The notes below the pieces were generated by a model, which saw only the letters and a list, made by a program, of their open reading frames with translations, did no database searches and was not told the DNA's origin. Made by a program: the position numbers and the translations under genes. From Mobula hypostoma (lineage: Eukaryota): a stretch of DNA of 64,000 nucleotides. The stretch covers positions 199,828,001 through 199,892,000 of the forward strand of contig NC_086097.1 of NCBI RefSeq assembly GCF_963921235.1. Reading direction: 5' to 3'. This document shows positions 1 through 14,329 of the stretch, piece by piece (position 1 is the stretch's first letter; every line of letters begins with the position of its first letter).

Positions 1-245
1 GATATGAATTATTAAAAATATATTTTTAACTTGGTAGTTGCTAATTTTTACTACCTGTACTGTTCAAAACAGAAGTTGTAAGAAAAACATGAATAAAATG
101 GTCAAAAATGTGAATGAGTTTGGTTCTGCCTTATGAATATGAATTTGAAGTTGCGTTTTGAAGTCATGATCTGTATAAACTTTGCTACAGACTTGAAGGG
201 TAAAATGGATGATCATTGTAACGATTAAATTTGTTTTGTTGACAG

Positions 246-395
246 GATCAGGATTGCAGGCATAAAAGGTATTCAAGGTGTCGTACGGAAAACGGTGAAT
301 GATGAGCTCCAAACTATAATCTGGGAACCTCAGCACATGGATAAGATTGTTCCTTCACTACTTTTCAACATGCAAACAACAGAGGAACTTGACAG
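246..395 (+). CDS. EFR3A: EFR3A internal coding exon (first in window, 150 nt)
   Basis: ttgacAG|G ATC AGG ATT GCA...GAC AG|GTtagg; translates IRIAGIKGIQGVVRKTVNDELQTIIWEPQHMDKIVPSLLFNMQTTEELD, recognisable EFR3 sequence. Confidence 0.95.
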
Positions 396-844
396 GTTAG
401 GACGCAACAAGAAGGGAATTGAACCGTGTTATGAAAATCTTTGAGGTATGGTAGTTTGTAGTTGCTGTTTCCTTCGCAAAGTGGAAGCAGGTTTAGTTTA
501 TAATTATTGCCTTTTGATATTGTTACATACTAGGGTGGTTAGTGAGATGTAGCCTTCAGCTTTCTTTGATGTTTAGAATTGCAGACTCTTTCTCTCTGAG
601 AAATCTCCAGAACATATTATTCCATTAAAATTGGTGATTTTATAGGTTTTTGGTCCTTACCAAAAACCTCTCTTATGCCTCTTAGTATAATGGGATAATC
701 AAGCAGAAGGGCCCTATTGTGGTTGATCTTGCAGCGTACAACACTTCCATAGTAGAATAGCCATGCTCCAGCACTACTTCAGCTGTGTTTTGTGGTTCTG
801 TCCACTCTTCTCACTGTGGAAATCCATTGGCTACATAAACCAAT

Positions 845-1395
845 CAACAAAGTGCTGGAGGAACTCAGCAGGTCAGGCAGCATCTATGGAAACGAATAAA
901 CAGACACTTCTTCAGGATTGGAAAGGAAGGGGGAGGATGCCAGAATAAAAAGGCGTGGGAAGGTGAAGGAGGACAGCTAGAAGGTAATAGGTGAAGCTAG
1001 GTTGGTAGGGAAGGTAAAAGGCTGGAGTGGAAGGACATCTTGTATTCCATCTGGGTAGCCCCCAACCTGATGACATGAATATTGATTTCTGCTGCTGGTT
1101 TAAAAAAATTCTTTCCCCTCCCCTCCTCTTCTATTCTTCACTCTGGTCTCTTACTCCTTGTCTGCCTATCACCTCCCCCTGAATCCCTCCTCTTTCTTTC
1201 TTTCTTCTATCATCCGGTCTCCTCTCTTAATCAGATTACTTCTTCTCCAGCCCTTTATCTTTTCTACCCACCTGGCTTCACCATCACCTTCTAGCTATTC
1301 TCCTTCTCCCTCCCCCCCCCCCCCACCTTTTTATTCTGGCATCTTCCCCCTTCCATTCTAGTCCCGAAGAAGGGTCTAGGCCCAAAACGCCAGCT
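845..1395. mobile_element. Penelope-like element remnant with inverted arrangement (minus-strand tail then plus-strand body/tail)
   Basis: About 910-1035 is the reverse complement of about 1235-1370; ends in a degenerate hammerhead-like gtcCCGAAGAAgggtctaggcccAAAAcg. Confidence 0.75.
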
Positions 1396-3404
1396 TCAGC
1401 ATTTGTGTTTCTAGGCAAACCTTGGCTAACATCACCAGTATCAAGTCTCTAATTATTCATTGTTAATTATGATGGACTGACCAAATTAATGCACACCCAA
1501 TCTGACTCCAAAGCAGTTATTCTTCAAGCTAAATAACAGCAAGAGACTGCCAAGTGGACAGAGGAAACTTTTAAGAACTATTCAAGCATGTTTGAAGAAG
1601 TCTTATCATTCCCATTGACACTTGGGAATCCCTAGACAAACTTGCTTTTTTTTAAAAAAAAAGGAATACTTAGGATGGCATTGTGAATCTCCTCTTTTGG
1701 GTGCAGTGGGTTTATTGCAAAAAAAATTATTTGCTTCATAGTATCCATTATTGACAAAAGTTTTCCATTCCAATTGTCCTTTAAATACTTTCAATACTGT
1801 TGCACTGCAATTGGAATTTCTGCTTGTCAAAAGTTCAGGCCTCTATATATTAGTCCAGTGCTGGTTACTATCATTTAACATCATTTTACAAAATATGCAG
1901 GTATTCCAATAAGTGTTTCAATTTATTTATACAAACATGAAAACACAGTTAGAAAATGTTAGCTGAGGATATGTGAAAAGTTAAAGGACAATGTTTCAGT
2001 CCAATGAATGTAAAGTATGCCTTCCAACATGTGTAGCTGTTAGTGAATAATATTGCCAGTGGGAATAATCATGAGCACTACTTGAGATTTTTCTTCTAGA
2101 AATTGAGAATATCTGTGCCTTTATTACAAGTGAAGAAAGTGTGTGCCCAAAGGTTATATTTTTAAAAAAGCTAAAAATTATACATAGCAATGTGCTGACT
2201 GTTGAAAGTTCATTATCAATTACTATTTAGTGAGGTTATTTTAAGCTTTAAAATACCATATTCATTTTGATTTTGAATTAATTTGCTTCAATACCAGGAG
2301 CGGCTGTATTTGCGATTTGGTTTTTATGTTAATGATTCTACAGGTCATTTAATTTTACAATAGCTTTCAGTTATTGAGAATATTTTTAATACTGTAGAAA
2401 TTAAGTAGCTGGAATTATCCAGCCCAAGCAATATGATACTATTAATTGCTTTCCAGGAGTGAAATCTACAGGGAATTAATCATGTGATTTAATTGGACAT
2501 GTTTTGCATTAAGCACTATATAAAATTGTCTTGTAATATCAGGAATACTCAACATGTTTTTTTTAATCAGTTCTCAGTAGGCAAGGTTATACCATTTGAA
2601 AGATGCGTCTATTTTTGTTCTGCAACTTTCACAAATTATTACTGCATGGTTAACTCAGCAAATAGATTTATTTTTAGAGAAGTGGTAATGCAAAAGTTTG
2701 AGTAGGAATGCTGCTTATACAGGCAAATAGCCTCAAATTGGGCATGGATTTCTATGTTATCATTTAAAGTCTTTTGTATCTTTACCATTAACTGGAAGGC
2801 AGCTTTTAAAATGAAAGGTTTAGCAGGTTTCAACAATCTGCTATCCTCCAAAAAGAAGATTAGTTAACTCTTGATCTTCCATAACAAATTTTACAGAAGT
2901 TCTGTGTGGAGATAAATAGTCAATGATGTAACCCTCATATAAAATAGAGTTTAGGACTGGACACAGCAATAGGCCCTATCAATGTAAACTGTAGTTGCAG
3001 CCACCCTGTAAATGTTGTTGCCGTTCCTCTTTACACAGCTGATTTCTAGAAAACTTTGTTAGTGATTTTTGTTAAAAGTCTCCACTCTTGCTTGCTGGGC
3101 TCACTTTACCTGATCTTGCCATGGTCACAACATATTTTATTGGATTTGCTAACAGCTAGTCTGAGAGTCTATGTTAGGGTCATCAGTCTAAATGGCTTGC
3201 CTTTGAACGTTATATGTAGCATGAGCTCCAGTTTCCAGATCTGAAATGTGCAGTTGTTCCTTTTTAGTAAACCTTGTATTTGGTATTGAGCAAATGAATT
3301 TTGATATCTGTTAACTACAGATTAGTCTGTAAATTAATATTTTATGGAAAAACTATTTCCTAGCTGGTAGCATAATGATAGGAGTGTTACCCCCAACCAA
3401 ACTT

Positions 3405-3492
3405 TAGCAACACACTCAAAATGCTGGAGGAACTCAGCAAGCCAGGCAGCATCTATGGAAAAGACCACAGTCAACGCTTTGGACTGAGACCC
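3405..3492 (-). mobile_element. Short Penelope-like terminal-repeat fragment
   Basis: gcaacacac...tgctggaggaactcagcaagccaggcagcatc...cagtcaacg, reverse complement of the tail seen at 15310-15440 and 62143-62273. Confidence 0.75.
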
Positions 3493-4109
3493 AACCAAAT
3501 TTTTATCTTTCACGTGAGATTTGCAATTATTGTACAACAGTCACTTGGGGTCTTTGTGCCGCTGTTACAACTGACCTTGGGATGTGCTCCAGAACTGAGC
3601 ATTAAATATAGCAAAATAAACCATGTAGGAAAACTGCAACATTGTTGTTGAAGTCAAAATGCATCAGGACATAACTACACATATAATGTGTTTTTAATTG
3701 TGTCCTGAAGTATATGAGCTGATACATCAATAACAATATGCAACTTGTGCTCAAATCTTGTCACCTTTCCAGAAAAAATGCTGCTCTTTGATATTGAATG
3801 AAGAGAAATGAATGCTCGTCATATTTTAGCCGTATGAACCCTTGCCGTTTTTTAGCTTTTGTATGTTCTGTTCCAATGAACTGGTAATCGTATCCTCTGA
3901 TATTTTCGAACTTTAATTCAAATTGCTTTATAGGATCATCTCCACTTGCCCCCTTCAAATGTGTTGTGGCTATTTATGATATTTGTGGAAGAGAATTACA
4001 TATATTCTGGAGGGGCTAGAAGTGAGCCTATCTTGGCCATTAAATTATTTTCTAAATCGGCAATATTGTGCTTGTGTTTACCATCAAACAGGTGTCAGGA
4101 ATACTGGGT

Positions 4110-4200
4110 AACATACATAAGAACATAAGAAGTAGGAGCAGGAGTAGGCCATTTGTCCCACCGAGCCTGCTCCGCTATTCATTAAGATCATGTTTGATCA
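4110..4200 (-). mobile_element. CR1 LINE 3' end fragment
   Basis: (cataagaa)n tail plus aggagcaggagtaggccatt 3' UTR motif resembling 53691-53760. Confidence 0.65.
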
Positions 4201-5025
4201 TGCTGTCCAGTTTTCCAAGGTTTATTTTGCAGAGTTACATTGGGTGTAAAACCACCTGAGATAATTGTAAAGTAGAAGGAGTAGTAGTAGAAGTTCTTAT
4301 TATAGGGTAAAGTTTATACTCATTAAGATTTGTTTTTCTTTGTGTTATTTTCTATTTGGAATTGCACACATTGTTCAAGTAAAGATTAAACCTCTTTGTT
4401 CAGGCATAAAATAAAAAGTGCTAAGAAAGCTTGTTATTAAGCAGTAAGGTAACTGGGGGAAAGTAATGTTTCCTTTAATTTAACACCTGTCAAAGTATTG
4501 AATGCCCAATATTTTGACAGGTGTTGTAGGAACAAACCATTAAATCTGATTGCTGCACGTTAAAATTGCAATTTCTTCATTCTGCTTTGCAAATTTGAGA
4601 ATATGGGTGGAGCGCAACTCTTGTGCTTCCGGATACACCAGAATAACAGACCAGGCAAAAGACTGGACAGATACTGAAATTGTAGTTTCATTTTGATGGC
4701 CTTTATTTTTGATCATTGGCTAGTAGAAGGTCATGCGTTTGTGTTTGCAAAGCTGGTACTGACAAGATATGGGTCCACTTTGTTGGCAGTGAACAAAACT
4801 GCTAATGGTTCAACTACATTTACTTTTTTGATGCAATGTTCACACCTAGGAGGTCTTGTTCCTTGTTGGTATGTTGCATTGGATTTTAAATTCTCTGACC
4901 TGTACAAGTAAAATTAATTTTTGCTTCACTGATTTTATCCGGTTCAAAATTTAAAAAAATATTATTAAGCATATGTATAACCATAATTTAAGATATATAT
5001 TTAACATTCTGCTTTCATCTTTCAG

Positions 5026-5163
5026 CAGGAGCAACCATCCATCAATATCACGAACTGCTGATAAAGATGAGAACCCTGCTACTCTAGCAGAGAGTTGCTT
5101 CCGGGAATTGCTGGGTCGAGCAGCTTATGGTAACATGAACAATGCCATCAGACCTGTACTAGT
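5026..5163 (+). CDS. EFR3A: EFR3A coding exon (138 nt; tandem NAGNAG acceptor)
   Basis: tttcAG|CAG|G acceptor, GT|GTaagt donor; RSNHPSISRTADKDENPATLAESCFRELLGRAAYGNMNNAIRPVL; phase compatible with neighbours. Confidence 0.95.
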
Positions 5164-5894
5164 GTAAGTTGTATAGTGCTTCTTCCAAGACCTGATAAGA
5201 CAGTAGAGAGTAAAACTTGAAACTGCTTTCATTTGAAAGTCAGTTCAGATTGAACAATATGTTAATTGAAATATGGAGTGGGGCATTAGCGAAGGATTGA
5301 GATGCAGGTGTATTGTAAGGTTTGCTCAGTAAAAGGGAAGGAGGAAAATTGTGAAGCATCTTTATGTGGTAGGTGGTGTTAATTAGGTCTTTCTCTTAAC
5401 GAGAGAAATAGAAAAGTAAGCAGAGGTTTTGGTCAAGTTAGACCATCTTCATATCAGGCGGTTGCAGCACAAGGGAAGAAAGAGCTAATTCAAGTAACAC
5501 CTACCATAAATAAATGTAACATGAGTTTTACTGAGGCTGTATGAATGTTGGCAGGCCGAGGCTGGTTAACACTTCTGGGAAGTCCAGCAGCAACACGTGC
5601 TTGAGATGTAACTGCCATGTGTAGTATATTTTTGGGCATTAATATAAAATTTCTACTTTTAAAAGATAATCCTTTTGTTCCAGAGTTACTGTATTTGCTC
5701 TGGAATTTGGTAAGTGTGTTATAACTTGCAATCAGAGAGTAAATTCTGTTATTCCATGATCCTTTTAGGTTTTCGGCCATAAAACTGAATAAAACATGTG
5801 CTTGTGCGTACCTACGTGTGTCCATTGGACTTCACCCTCTTGGTGCATAATAGGGCATAAGTACTCAGTAATTTTTTTCCTGAGAGTGGACAAA

Positions 5895-6745
5895 GAATCA
5901 GAACCACAGCACAGAAATGGGCCCTTTCAGCCAACGTCTATCGTGTCAACCATGATGCCTAGCTATGCTAATACAGGTTGTCTGCAACATATTAGGCCTG
6001 TATTTCCCTGGAACCTTTCCAATCTAATTACCTGTACCTGTCCATATTCCTTTTAAACAGTATGGTTCTATCTGCTTGTACCATGTCCTCTCATTGCTCA
6101 CCCTCTGGATTGTGAGTGAGTGTAGTGAATGAGCCACTTACCTCTCAAATCTTCTTTCATTTCTAGACTCCCTGCCCTGCAAAATGGTTCTGACTGTCTG
6201 CCCTATTCAAGCACTTCATTTATTTTATAAGCTTCTGTGTTCCATTGAGAATAAACCAAACCTATCCAAAGTCTCCTTATAATTCTGGTGCTCCATCGCA
6301 GGCAACATCCTGATGAATCTATTCTCCGTAATTCTTGCTTTCTGTCACATCCTTTCTACAACATGACCAACATTCATACTCAGAACCTCCGCGTATAAAG
6401 CCCGGCATACGAATTTTTTTTCACCTCCCTATCACCTTGTGATACCATTTTCAGGACGCTATGAGCTTGCACCCCTGGGTCTGTCTGCATCAATACCCAT
6501 AATGTCCTTGCCATTTACAGTATCTGTCCTACCACAATTTGCCCTCCCAAAGTGTGTTGTACTTGAATGGCTAAAACACCACTTGCTCCTGCTCTGTCTG
6601 ACCTTCCTGTTGCATCCTTGGACAGTCTTCATTGCCGTCCACAACTCCAATATTTAATGTCATTTGCAAGCTTTCTATTCAGACCATCTACATTCTCATT
6701 GACAATTACAAACAACAAAGGTTCCAGCACCAATCCTTGTAGTTT
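5895..6745 (-). mobile_element. Old degenerate CR1 LINE 3' fragment
   Basis: Minus-strand RT C-terminal remnants (HFGRANCGRT..VNGK; QGLVLEPLLFVIVN) and CR1 3' UTR. Confidence 0.7.
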
Positions 6746-7707
6746 CCAGTCAGATTTTGAATTAGGGTTTAGAATTGTTACTTTTCTTGAATTTTCCTTG
6801 TAGTTTAACACACCTGTGCTTGCTTATATTTTTATATAATCATCCATATACGTACATGTAATTGTTCAGTGAATGTTCCAGTAATTACGGTCTAGTTGCA
6901 TCCATATTCTTCCAGAAGCCTAGTTTTCAATAGCCACGTGAATCTGACTATAGGTTAATTGTTATCACCGGAATTTTATCTCTCGTCTGAGTATGAGATG
7001 AACACGACTGCTTTATCCTTTGTTCTCTCAGCTCCTTTTTCTTTATTCATTACCACAACATTTAATAAAACTGCTTAGCTATAAATTTTATGCCCCAATC
7101 TTGACTTCCAAACATCCTTTAGATCACAACACAGGTCATCCACCTCTGCCCTTTGCTTCCAATCACCCAACCAATTTTGGATCCATTTTGCCAACAAGTC
7201 ACAAATCCCTATTATCTTCTGGACCAGAACACTTCCCATAGCAGCTAGAACAACAAAAAAGACTGGCATGAAGATGAAGGAAAACATTATGATAAAAAAC
7301 ATTCCCCCCGCCCCCATATATATGAACACTTCCAGTGCAATAGGCTGGCCCACTTGATACCTGAGCCATGAGAGGTTTTGGTCCACTCCAAGGACTGGGC
7401 TGATGACGAGGATAGTGATTGCAGCATGAAGTTTAGAATTGATTTGCACAGAGTTGTTGTGATTAATGAAAGGAGCAGCACAGAGTCATTTTCCTATAAT
7501 CCTGACTGCTTAAAACCGAAGCTGGCAAATGCTATATGCAGCATATGGTACAGTGATGACCCTTTAATTGCCGTATTATCCCTTTGCTTAATAAGGAAAC
7601 CTGGGTTGATAGGTTAAGAAAAGAAAACCTGTGTTTCAGGTATAGTGAGCAAATTGGGGTCTTTGGGGGATACAAGGAATGTAGGAGTACAAAGAAACAC
7701 AAAGGTT

Positions 7708-10095
7708 TGTAGAAAACCTACTGCACAATACAGGCCCTTTGGCCCACAATGCCATGACGAACATGTACATACTTTAGCAATGACCTAGGGTTACCCATAG
7801 CCCTCTATTTTTCTAAACTCCATGTACCTATCCAAGAGTCTCTTAAAATACCCTATCGTATCCGCCTCCACCGCCATCGCCAGCAGCCCATTCCACGCAC
7901 TCACCACTCTCTGCATTTTAAAAAAAACAACGGCAACTTACCCCTGACATCTCCTCTGTACCAACTTCCAAGCACCTTAAAACTGTGCCCTCTCATGCTA
8001 GCCATTTCAACCCTGGGAAAAAGCCTCTATCTATCCACACGATCAATGCCTGTCATCATCTTGTATACCTCTATCAGGTCACCTCTCATCCTGCACTGCT
8101 CCAAGGAGAAAAGGCCAAGTTCACTCAACCTATTCTCATAAGGCATGCTCCCCAGTCCAGGCAACATCCGTGGAAATCTCCTCTGCACTCTTTCTATAGT
8201 CTCCACATCCTTCCTGTAATGAGGTGACCAAAACTGAGCACAAAAGTCCAAGTGGGGTCTGACGAGAGTCCTATGTAGCTGTAACATTACCTCTCGGCTC
8301 TTAAACTCAGTCCCATGGTTGATGAAGGCCAATACGCCGTATGCCTTTTTAATCACAGAGTCAACCTGTGCAGCAGCTTTGAGTGTCCAATGGACTGGGA
8401 CCTGAAGATCCCTCTGATCCTACACACTGCCAAGAGTCTTACCATTAATACTATATTCTGCTATCATATTTGACCTACCAAGATGAACCACCTCACACTT
8501 ATCTGGGTTGAACTTTATCTGCCAGTTCTGAGCCCAATTTTGCATCCTATCAGTGTCTTGCTATAACCTCTAACAGCCCTCCACACTATCCACAACACCC
8601 CCAACATTTGTGTCATCAGCAAATTTACTAACCCCACCCCTCCACTTCCTTATCCAGGTCATTTATTAAAATTACAAAGAGAAGGGGTCCCAGAGCAGAT
8701 CCCTGAGGCACACCACTGGTCATTTGACCTCCATGCAGAATATAACCCATCTACAACCACTCTTTGCCTTCAGTGGGCAAGCCAATTCTGGATCCACAAA
8801 GCAATGTCCCCTTGGATCCCATGCCTCCTTACATTCTCAATAAGCCTGACATGGGGTACCTTATCAAATGCCTTGCTGAAATCCATATACACTACATGTA
8901 CTGCTCTACCTCCATCAACGTGTTTAGTCACATCCTCAAAAAATTCAGGCTCATAAGGCATAACCTGCCTTTGACAAAACCATGCTGACTATTCCTAATC
9001 ATATTATACTTCTCCAAATGTTCAGGATCTTTTTCATCAACCTAGCAACCACTGAAGTAAGGCTCACTGCTCTATAATTTCCTGGGCTATCTGTACTCCC
9101 TTTCTTGAATAAGGGAACTCACCAATCCTCCGGAACCTCTCCCGTCCCCATTGATGATACAAAGATCATTGGCAGAGGTTCAGCAATTTCCTCCCTCACC
9201 TCCCACAGTAGCCTGGGGTATATCTCATCCAGTCCCGGAGACTTATCCAACTTGATGCTTTCCAAAAGCTTCAGCACATCCTCTTAATATCTATATTTTC
9301 TAGCTTTTCAATCTGTAAGTCATCCCTACAATTGCCAAGATCCTTTTCCATAGTGAATACTGAAGTAAAGAATTCACTAAGTACCTCTGCTATCTCCTCC
9401 AGTTCCATACGCCATTTTCCACTATCATACTTATTCACTCACGCCTTATCCTCTTGCTCTTCACATACTTGCAGAATGTCTTGGGGTTTTCTTTAATCCT
9501 GCTCGCCAAGGCCTTCTCATGGCCTTTTCTGGCTCTCCTAATTTCATTCTTAAGCTTCTTCCTGCTAGCCTTATAATCCTCTGGATTTCTATCATTACCT
9601 AGTTCTTTGAACCTTTCATTAGCTTTGCTTCTTGACTAGATTTTCAACAGCCTTTGTACACCACAGTTCCTGTACCCTACCATCCTTCCCGTCTCATCGG
9701 AACGTACCTATGCAGAGCGACACGCAAATATCCCCTGAACTTTTGCCATATTTCTGCCATACATTTTCCTGAGAACATCTGTTCCCAATTTATACTTCCA
9801 AGTTCCTGCCTGATAGCTTCATATTTCCGCATACTCCAATTAAACACTTTCTTAACTTGTCTGTTCCTATCCCTCTCCAGTGCTATGGTAGAGGAGATAG
9901 AATTGTGATCATTATCTCCAAAATGCTCTCCCACTGAGAGACCTGACACCTGACCATTTCCCAATACCAGATCTAGTACAGCCTCTCCTCTTGTGGGCTT
10001 ATCTACATATTGTGTCCCTAAACCTTCCTGAACACACCCAACAAACTCCACCCCATCTAAACCCCTTGCACTAGGGAGATGCCAATCAATATTTA
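7708..10095 (-). mobile_element. 5'-truncated CR1 LINE (EN C-terminus + RT, disrupted)
   Basis: ORF pieces LHRTLVRPHLDFCAQFWSPH, YMDFSKAFDKVPH, VDKPTRGEAVLDLVLGN; same subfamily as 18760-20405 and 34860-35440. Confidence 0.9.
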
Positions 10096-12582
10096 CTACA
10101 TGAGAAAGAAATTTGGGGCAAAAGGGAGCCAATAGATATCCCTGGCAGATCAGATAAAGAATCATCCTGAAAGATTCTCCAAGTACATTAAGACTAAAAG
10201 GATGGCTGTGGAGAATGTAGCCCTTTATGGATCAATCTGGAGTCACTGGAAATGGCGAGGTCTAAATGAATTCTTGTCTGTGATGAAGAACACAAAAGCA
10301 GATGAATTCTGGGGGATGAGCAATGATGGTTTGAATGTCAGTATTATGATGGAAGAGATGTTGAAGATCTTGAAACTTGAAGGTAGATAAACCTCTGGAT
10401 CTTGATTATATGGATCCTGGGATATTATGAGAAACAAGGAAGGTAGTCACTGGGGCCCTGTTAGAGAGTTTTGTATCTGAGTCAGAGAAAAGGTACCACA
10501 AAGCTGAAGGTTAGCTAATGGGTCCTTGTTTAAGTAATTAAGGAACTACAAGCTGGTGAGTCTTGCTTTATTGGTAGGAAAGTTCTGAGAAGGGATCTGG
10601 TGAGGCAGAATTTATTCGCATTAGGAAAAGCAAGAACAGATTGGTGATAGATAAGACAGCATGTAAAATCGCAGCTCAAATTTAAGCAAGAAACGAGATG
10701 GTTCATGAATTCAAAAGGTCATGAATTTAGTAAGACCTCTAACAAAATCCCACACAATTGGCTTGCCTGGAAGATTAGATCATGGAATCCAAGGTAGCAT
10801 AGCCAAGTTTAGTTTAGAGATGGGAGGCAGTGTGGTAGTGGTGGGTTCTTTTATTCTTAATGATTTCTAACATATTTAGCAAGTTTGAAGATGACACTAA
10901 AATTGCTGGTGTTGCTGGCAGTGAAGGAGATTGAGGTTAAAACAAGATGTAGATCAACTGGGAGTGTGGGCAAGGGAATGGCAGATGGAATTTAGGTTAA
11001 ACAGGTGTGGTGTGATGCATTTTGGGAAGTTAAGCCAGAGCAGGATGCACTTTGGGAATTTGAACTAAAGCAGGATATAGACAGTGAATGGCAGGGCCTT
11101 GGGAATTGTTGTTGAGCTGAAAGGTGTTGGGATGCAAGGACATGCTTCCCTGAAAGTGACAATACAGGTAAGTAGGTACACAGAATGTGAAAGTGATTTA
11201 TGGCATGATTGCCTTTATTGGCCAAGGCATGGAATACAAGAGTTGGGATATTATGTTACAATTATATAAAATGTGGAGTTCTAGTCACTGCACTATAGGA
11301 AAGCTGTGATCAACCATATAACAATTACAGCATGGAAACAGGCCATCTCGGCGCTTCTAGTCCATGCTGAACTCTTACTCCCACCTAGTCGCACCAACCT
11401 GCACTTGGCCCATAACCCTCCATTCCTTTCCTGTCCATATATCTTGTCCTCTTGTTTGAATCTCCCCCATTCTCAATGGAAAATGCCTATCCACGTTAAC
11501 TCTATCAATCCCCTTCATAATTTTAAACACCTTTATCAAGTCCCCCCTCAACCTTCTTTGACGAGGGTAGTATCTGGGTAGGAGGGCTTGAGTTGTTAGG
11601 ATAGAGTGGAGAGGCTGGGTCTGCTTTCTATGGAACAAAGAAGACTGCAAGGTGATTACAGTAAGTCCCCGGGTTAAGAACGTCCGACTTACGGACAACT
11701 CGTCCTTACAAACGGACTGCCATAAAACCTGTTATAAATTTTGAGTTAAGTATAATGGTTCGTAATAAGGAACGCACACACTACTTTGTGACGCTCATGA
11801 AAACATTGCACGGCTTCAGTGGTTGGTTGGCTCGGGGAAGGAGAATGCCATCCGCCATTTAAGTCGGATCACGTTGCCGTTAACTTGTGTTGAGTGTGTA
11901 ACTTTACATTTGGCTTAAATTGATACACACAGATTCTGTCTGTCTCTCTCTCCAGTACAGTACCGTATGTAGTTACTTTTATGATTACTGTATTATGTTT
12001 AAGATGTTTTAGTGTATTTGGAAGTGTTTCTTAAGTGTTTTATATGCATAGAAAGGTAAAATATATACTATATTGTAAGACAAACATTTGACTAACTGAC
12101 GCTAAATAAGAACCGTATGTACCTGTTCCGACTTACCTACTATCTGGACTTAAAGACAGACTTAAGAACGGATCTCGTTCGTAACCTGGGGACTGCCTGT
12201 ATCAAAGAGGAATTTAAAATTGAGAAGCATAGATTGATAGCCTGTCTGCTTTCTATGATAGTGGTGTCTAAAGCTAGAGCATATACTACTAAGGTAATAA
12301 GGAAGAGCTTTAAAGGGATCTGAGAGCTCAACTTTCTACATTAATTAGTATCTGGAATGAGCTGAGGAGATAGTTGCGGTAGCAATATTAAAACATTTAA
12401 TAGGTATCTGGACAGGTACTTAAATAAGCAAAACCTAGAGTAGTATGAAATTAATACAGGTAAATAAATATGTTTTGTTGTTTCTTAACTTTGCTCACAA
12501 TGATCCCAACCCTCATTATTATAGATAGGCATGATGGTCAGCATAGACAGAGTGGGCCAAAGGGCCTATTTTGACTCTATTG
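10095..12582 (+). mobile_element. Old degenerate CR1 LINE hosting nested insertions (minus CR1 3' fragment at about 11310-11560 and a Tigger-like MITE)
   Basis: Decayed RT motifs (aagtttgaagatgacactaaaatt, gaatggcagatggaattt) interrupted by younger elements. Confidence 0.75.
11659..12199. mobile_element. Tigger/pogo-like non-autonomous DNA transposon (MITE)
   Basis: TA|cagtaagtccccgggttaagaac ... gttcgtaacctggggactgcctg|TA: about 23-bp imperfect TIRs and TA TSD. Confidence 0.85.
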
Positions 12583-13289
12583 ATATCTCCAGTTCATTTG
12601 TCCAGCTGGTGAGATTTTTCTTTCTCTCTCATGGGACTATTTAATGCACCTTTCTCTAACGGCAAAAGGATCAGATTTTCTTTAAACTTCATTAGCTGAT
12701 TTGAAAGTAGCAACCAATTAAAAAAAGAACAATGAACAGACAGATGACATTTAACTTATCCCACAGCTTGCACAAACCTTTAACAAGGTAACCAGAACCG
12801 GAGCTTTAATCTGCAAGATGTTTGTTCACGTCAAAGAAAAAGCAGATGAAAGGGTTGTAGTAGTATGCTTTGCATTACCTATTACAATCCCAGTAGTGCT
12901 GTGAAGTGCTAATTTCCTAATTTAAAAATTGCAGTGTATGTAATGAAAATATTCTTGCTATAATGTACATAATTCAAAAACTTGGTGTTTTGGTTAATTT
13001 GTGACAGCACACGATTTTTCATTCAGTTTTTAAATTGTAAAATTATACAATATTTGCACACCTAATCGCTGTCATACTTTGGAAACTAGTTATTACAATA
13101 TATACTATATAATATTTTTGAATATTTTTCTTCAGACAGACTGTAAGGTATGGATGTGTTTGATCTTTAAAAAAAATACTCTGTAGTTCCTTGAAAAACA
13201 TTAGTTTACATCTGATGAAACAGCAAAGCTGAACCTTTTATTTTTCAGTTATGCTGGTATCTCTGTACAGATTTTCCCATTGGATTAGT

Positions 13290-13850
13290 CAAACTGCAGC
13301 ACAGAAGCGAGCTCTATGTTCATCTAATCTGAGTTTAACTATTAATCTGACTCGTCCCGTTGATCTGCACCGGGACCATAGCCCTTCGTACCACTCCATA
13401 CACATACCTATCAAAATTTCTCTTTAATGTTGAAATTGAACCCACATCTACCACTTCCACTGGCAGCTCGTTCCACACTCTTACCACCTTCTGAATGAAG
13501 AAATTCCCTCTCATGTTCCCCTTAAACATTTCATCTTTCACCTTTAGCGCAAGACCTTAGTTCTAGTCTCACCCGACCTCAGTGAAAAAACCTGCTTGTT
13601 TTACCCGATCTATACCTCTCATAACTTTGTATACCTCTATCAAATCTCTTCTCAATCTTCTACATTCCCTGGAATACAATTCTAACCTACTTAACCTTTC
13701 CCCAGAACTCAGCTCCTCAAGTCCTGGCAAAATCCTGGTAAATATTCTCTGCACTCTTTCATCTTATTGACATCTTTCCAAAAGGTAGGAAACCAAAACT
13801 GCACACAATACTTCAAATTGGGCCTCACCAGCATCTTGTACAATTCAGGA
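13290..13850 (-). mobile_element. CR1 LINE 3' fragment
   Basis: QRIFTRILPGLEELS...RRLRRDLIEVYK; FFIQKVVRVWNELP. Confidence 0.85.
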
Positions 13851-14329
13851 TCCTGAATATTGCTTCAAGAGGTTCTACAAAACCTTTCTGAAGCCCACTT
13901 CTCCATGTGAAAGATTAATCTGAATTTCCTTAAATTGTGTGAATAACAATGTTAGTGCCAAGTTGCACCAAAAATTTAGACAGAGCATGTTTCATTTTTT
14001 GTTCAACTATTCTCCATAGCTGTACACCCCTTTCTTTTGAATTCAACTATCTGACAATAATTAGGCCTTTTCATGATTGTTACCTTCCTAATGTTTTAAC
14101 TTGTTTGTTTTAAACATTTTGACTGTTCTTGATCCTTTGTTTAAATCGTGGTATCTTTTAAAAGGTATTTGATGAGCTACTCGGTAATAGCCTTGTTAGA
14201 ACAATTGATGCTTATAAGGAGGCTTTGTTACTCAGCTCAGTTTTGCCTTGAAACTTGAGGACAAAGAATTAAAACTTAAGGCACTGAAATGTGAGAAAAG
14301 TGTTAATGAAATTCAGATGGTATTCCCTT

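Noticed and set aside
396..451. Alternative donor GAG|GTatgg at 446 extending the first exon
   Set aside because: The extension contains an in-frame TGA just before the donor; no evidence of use, and the 395 donor matches the protein and phase
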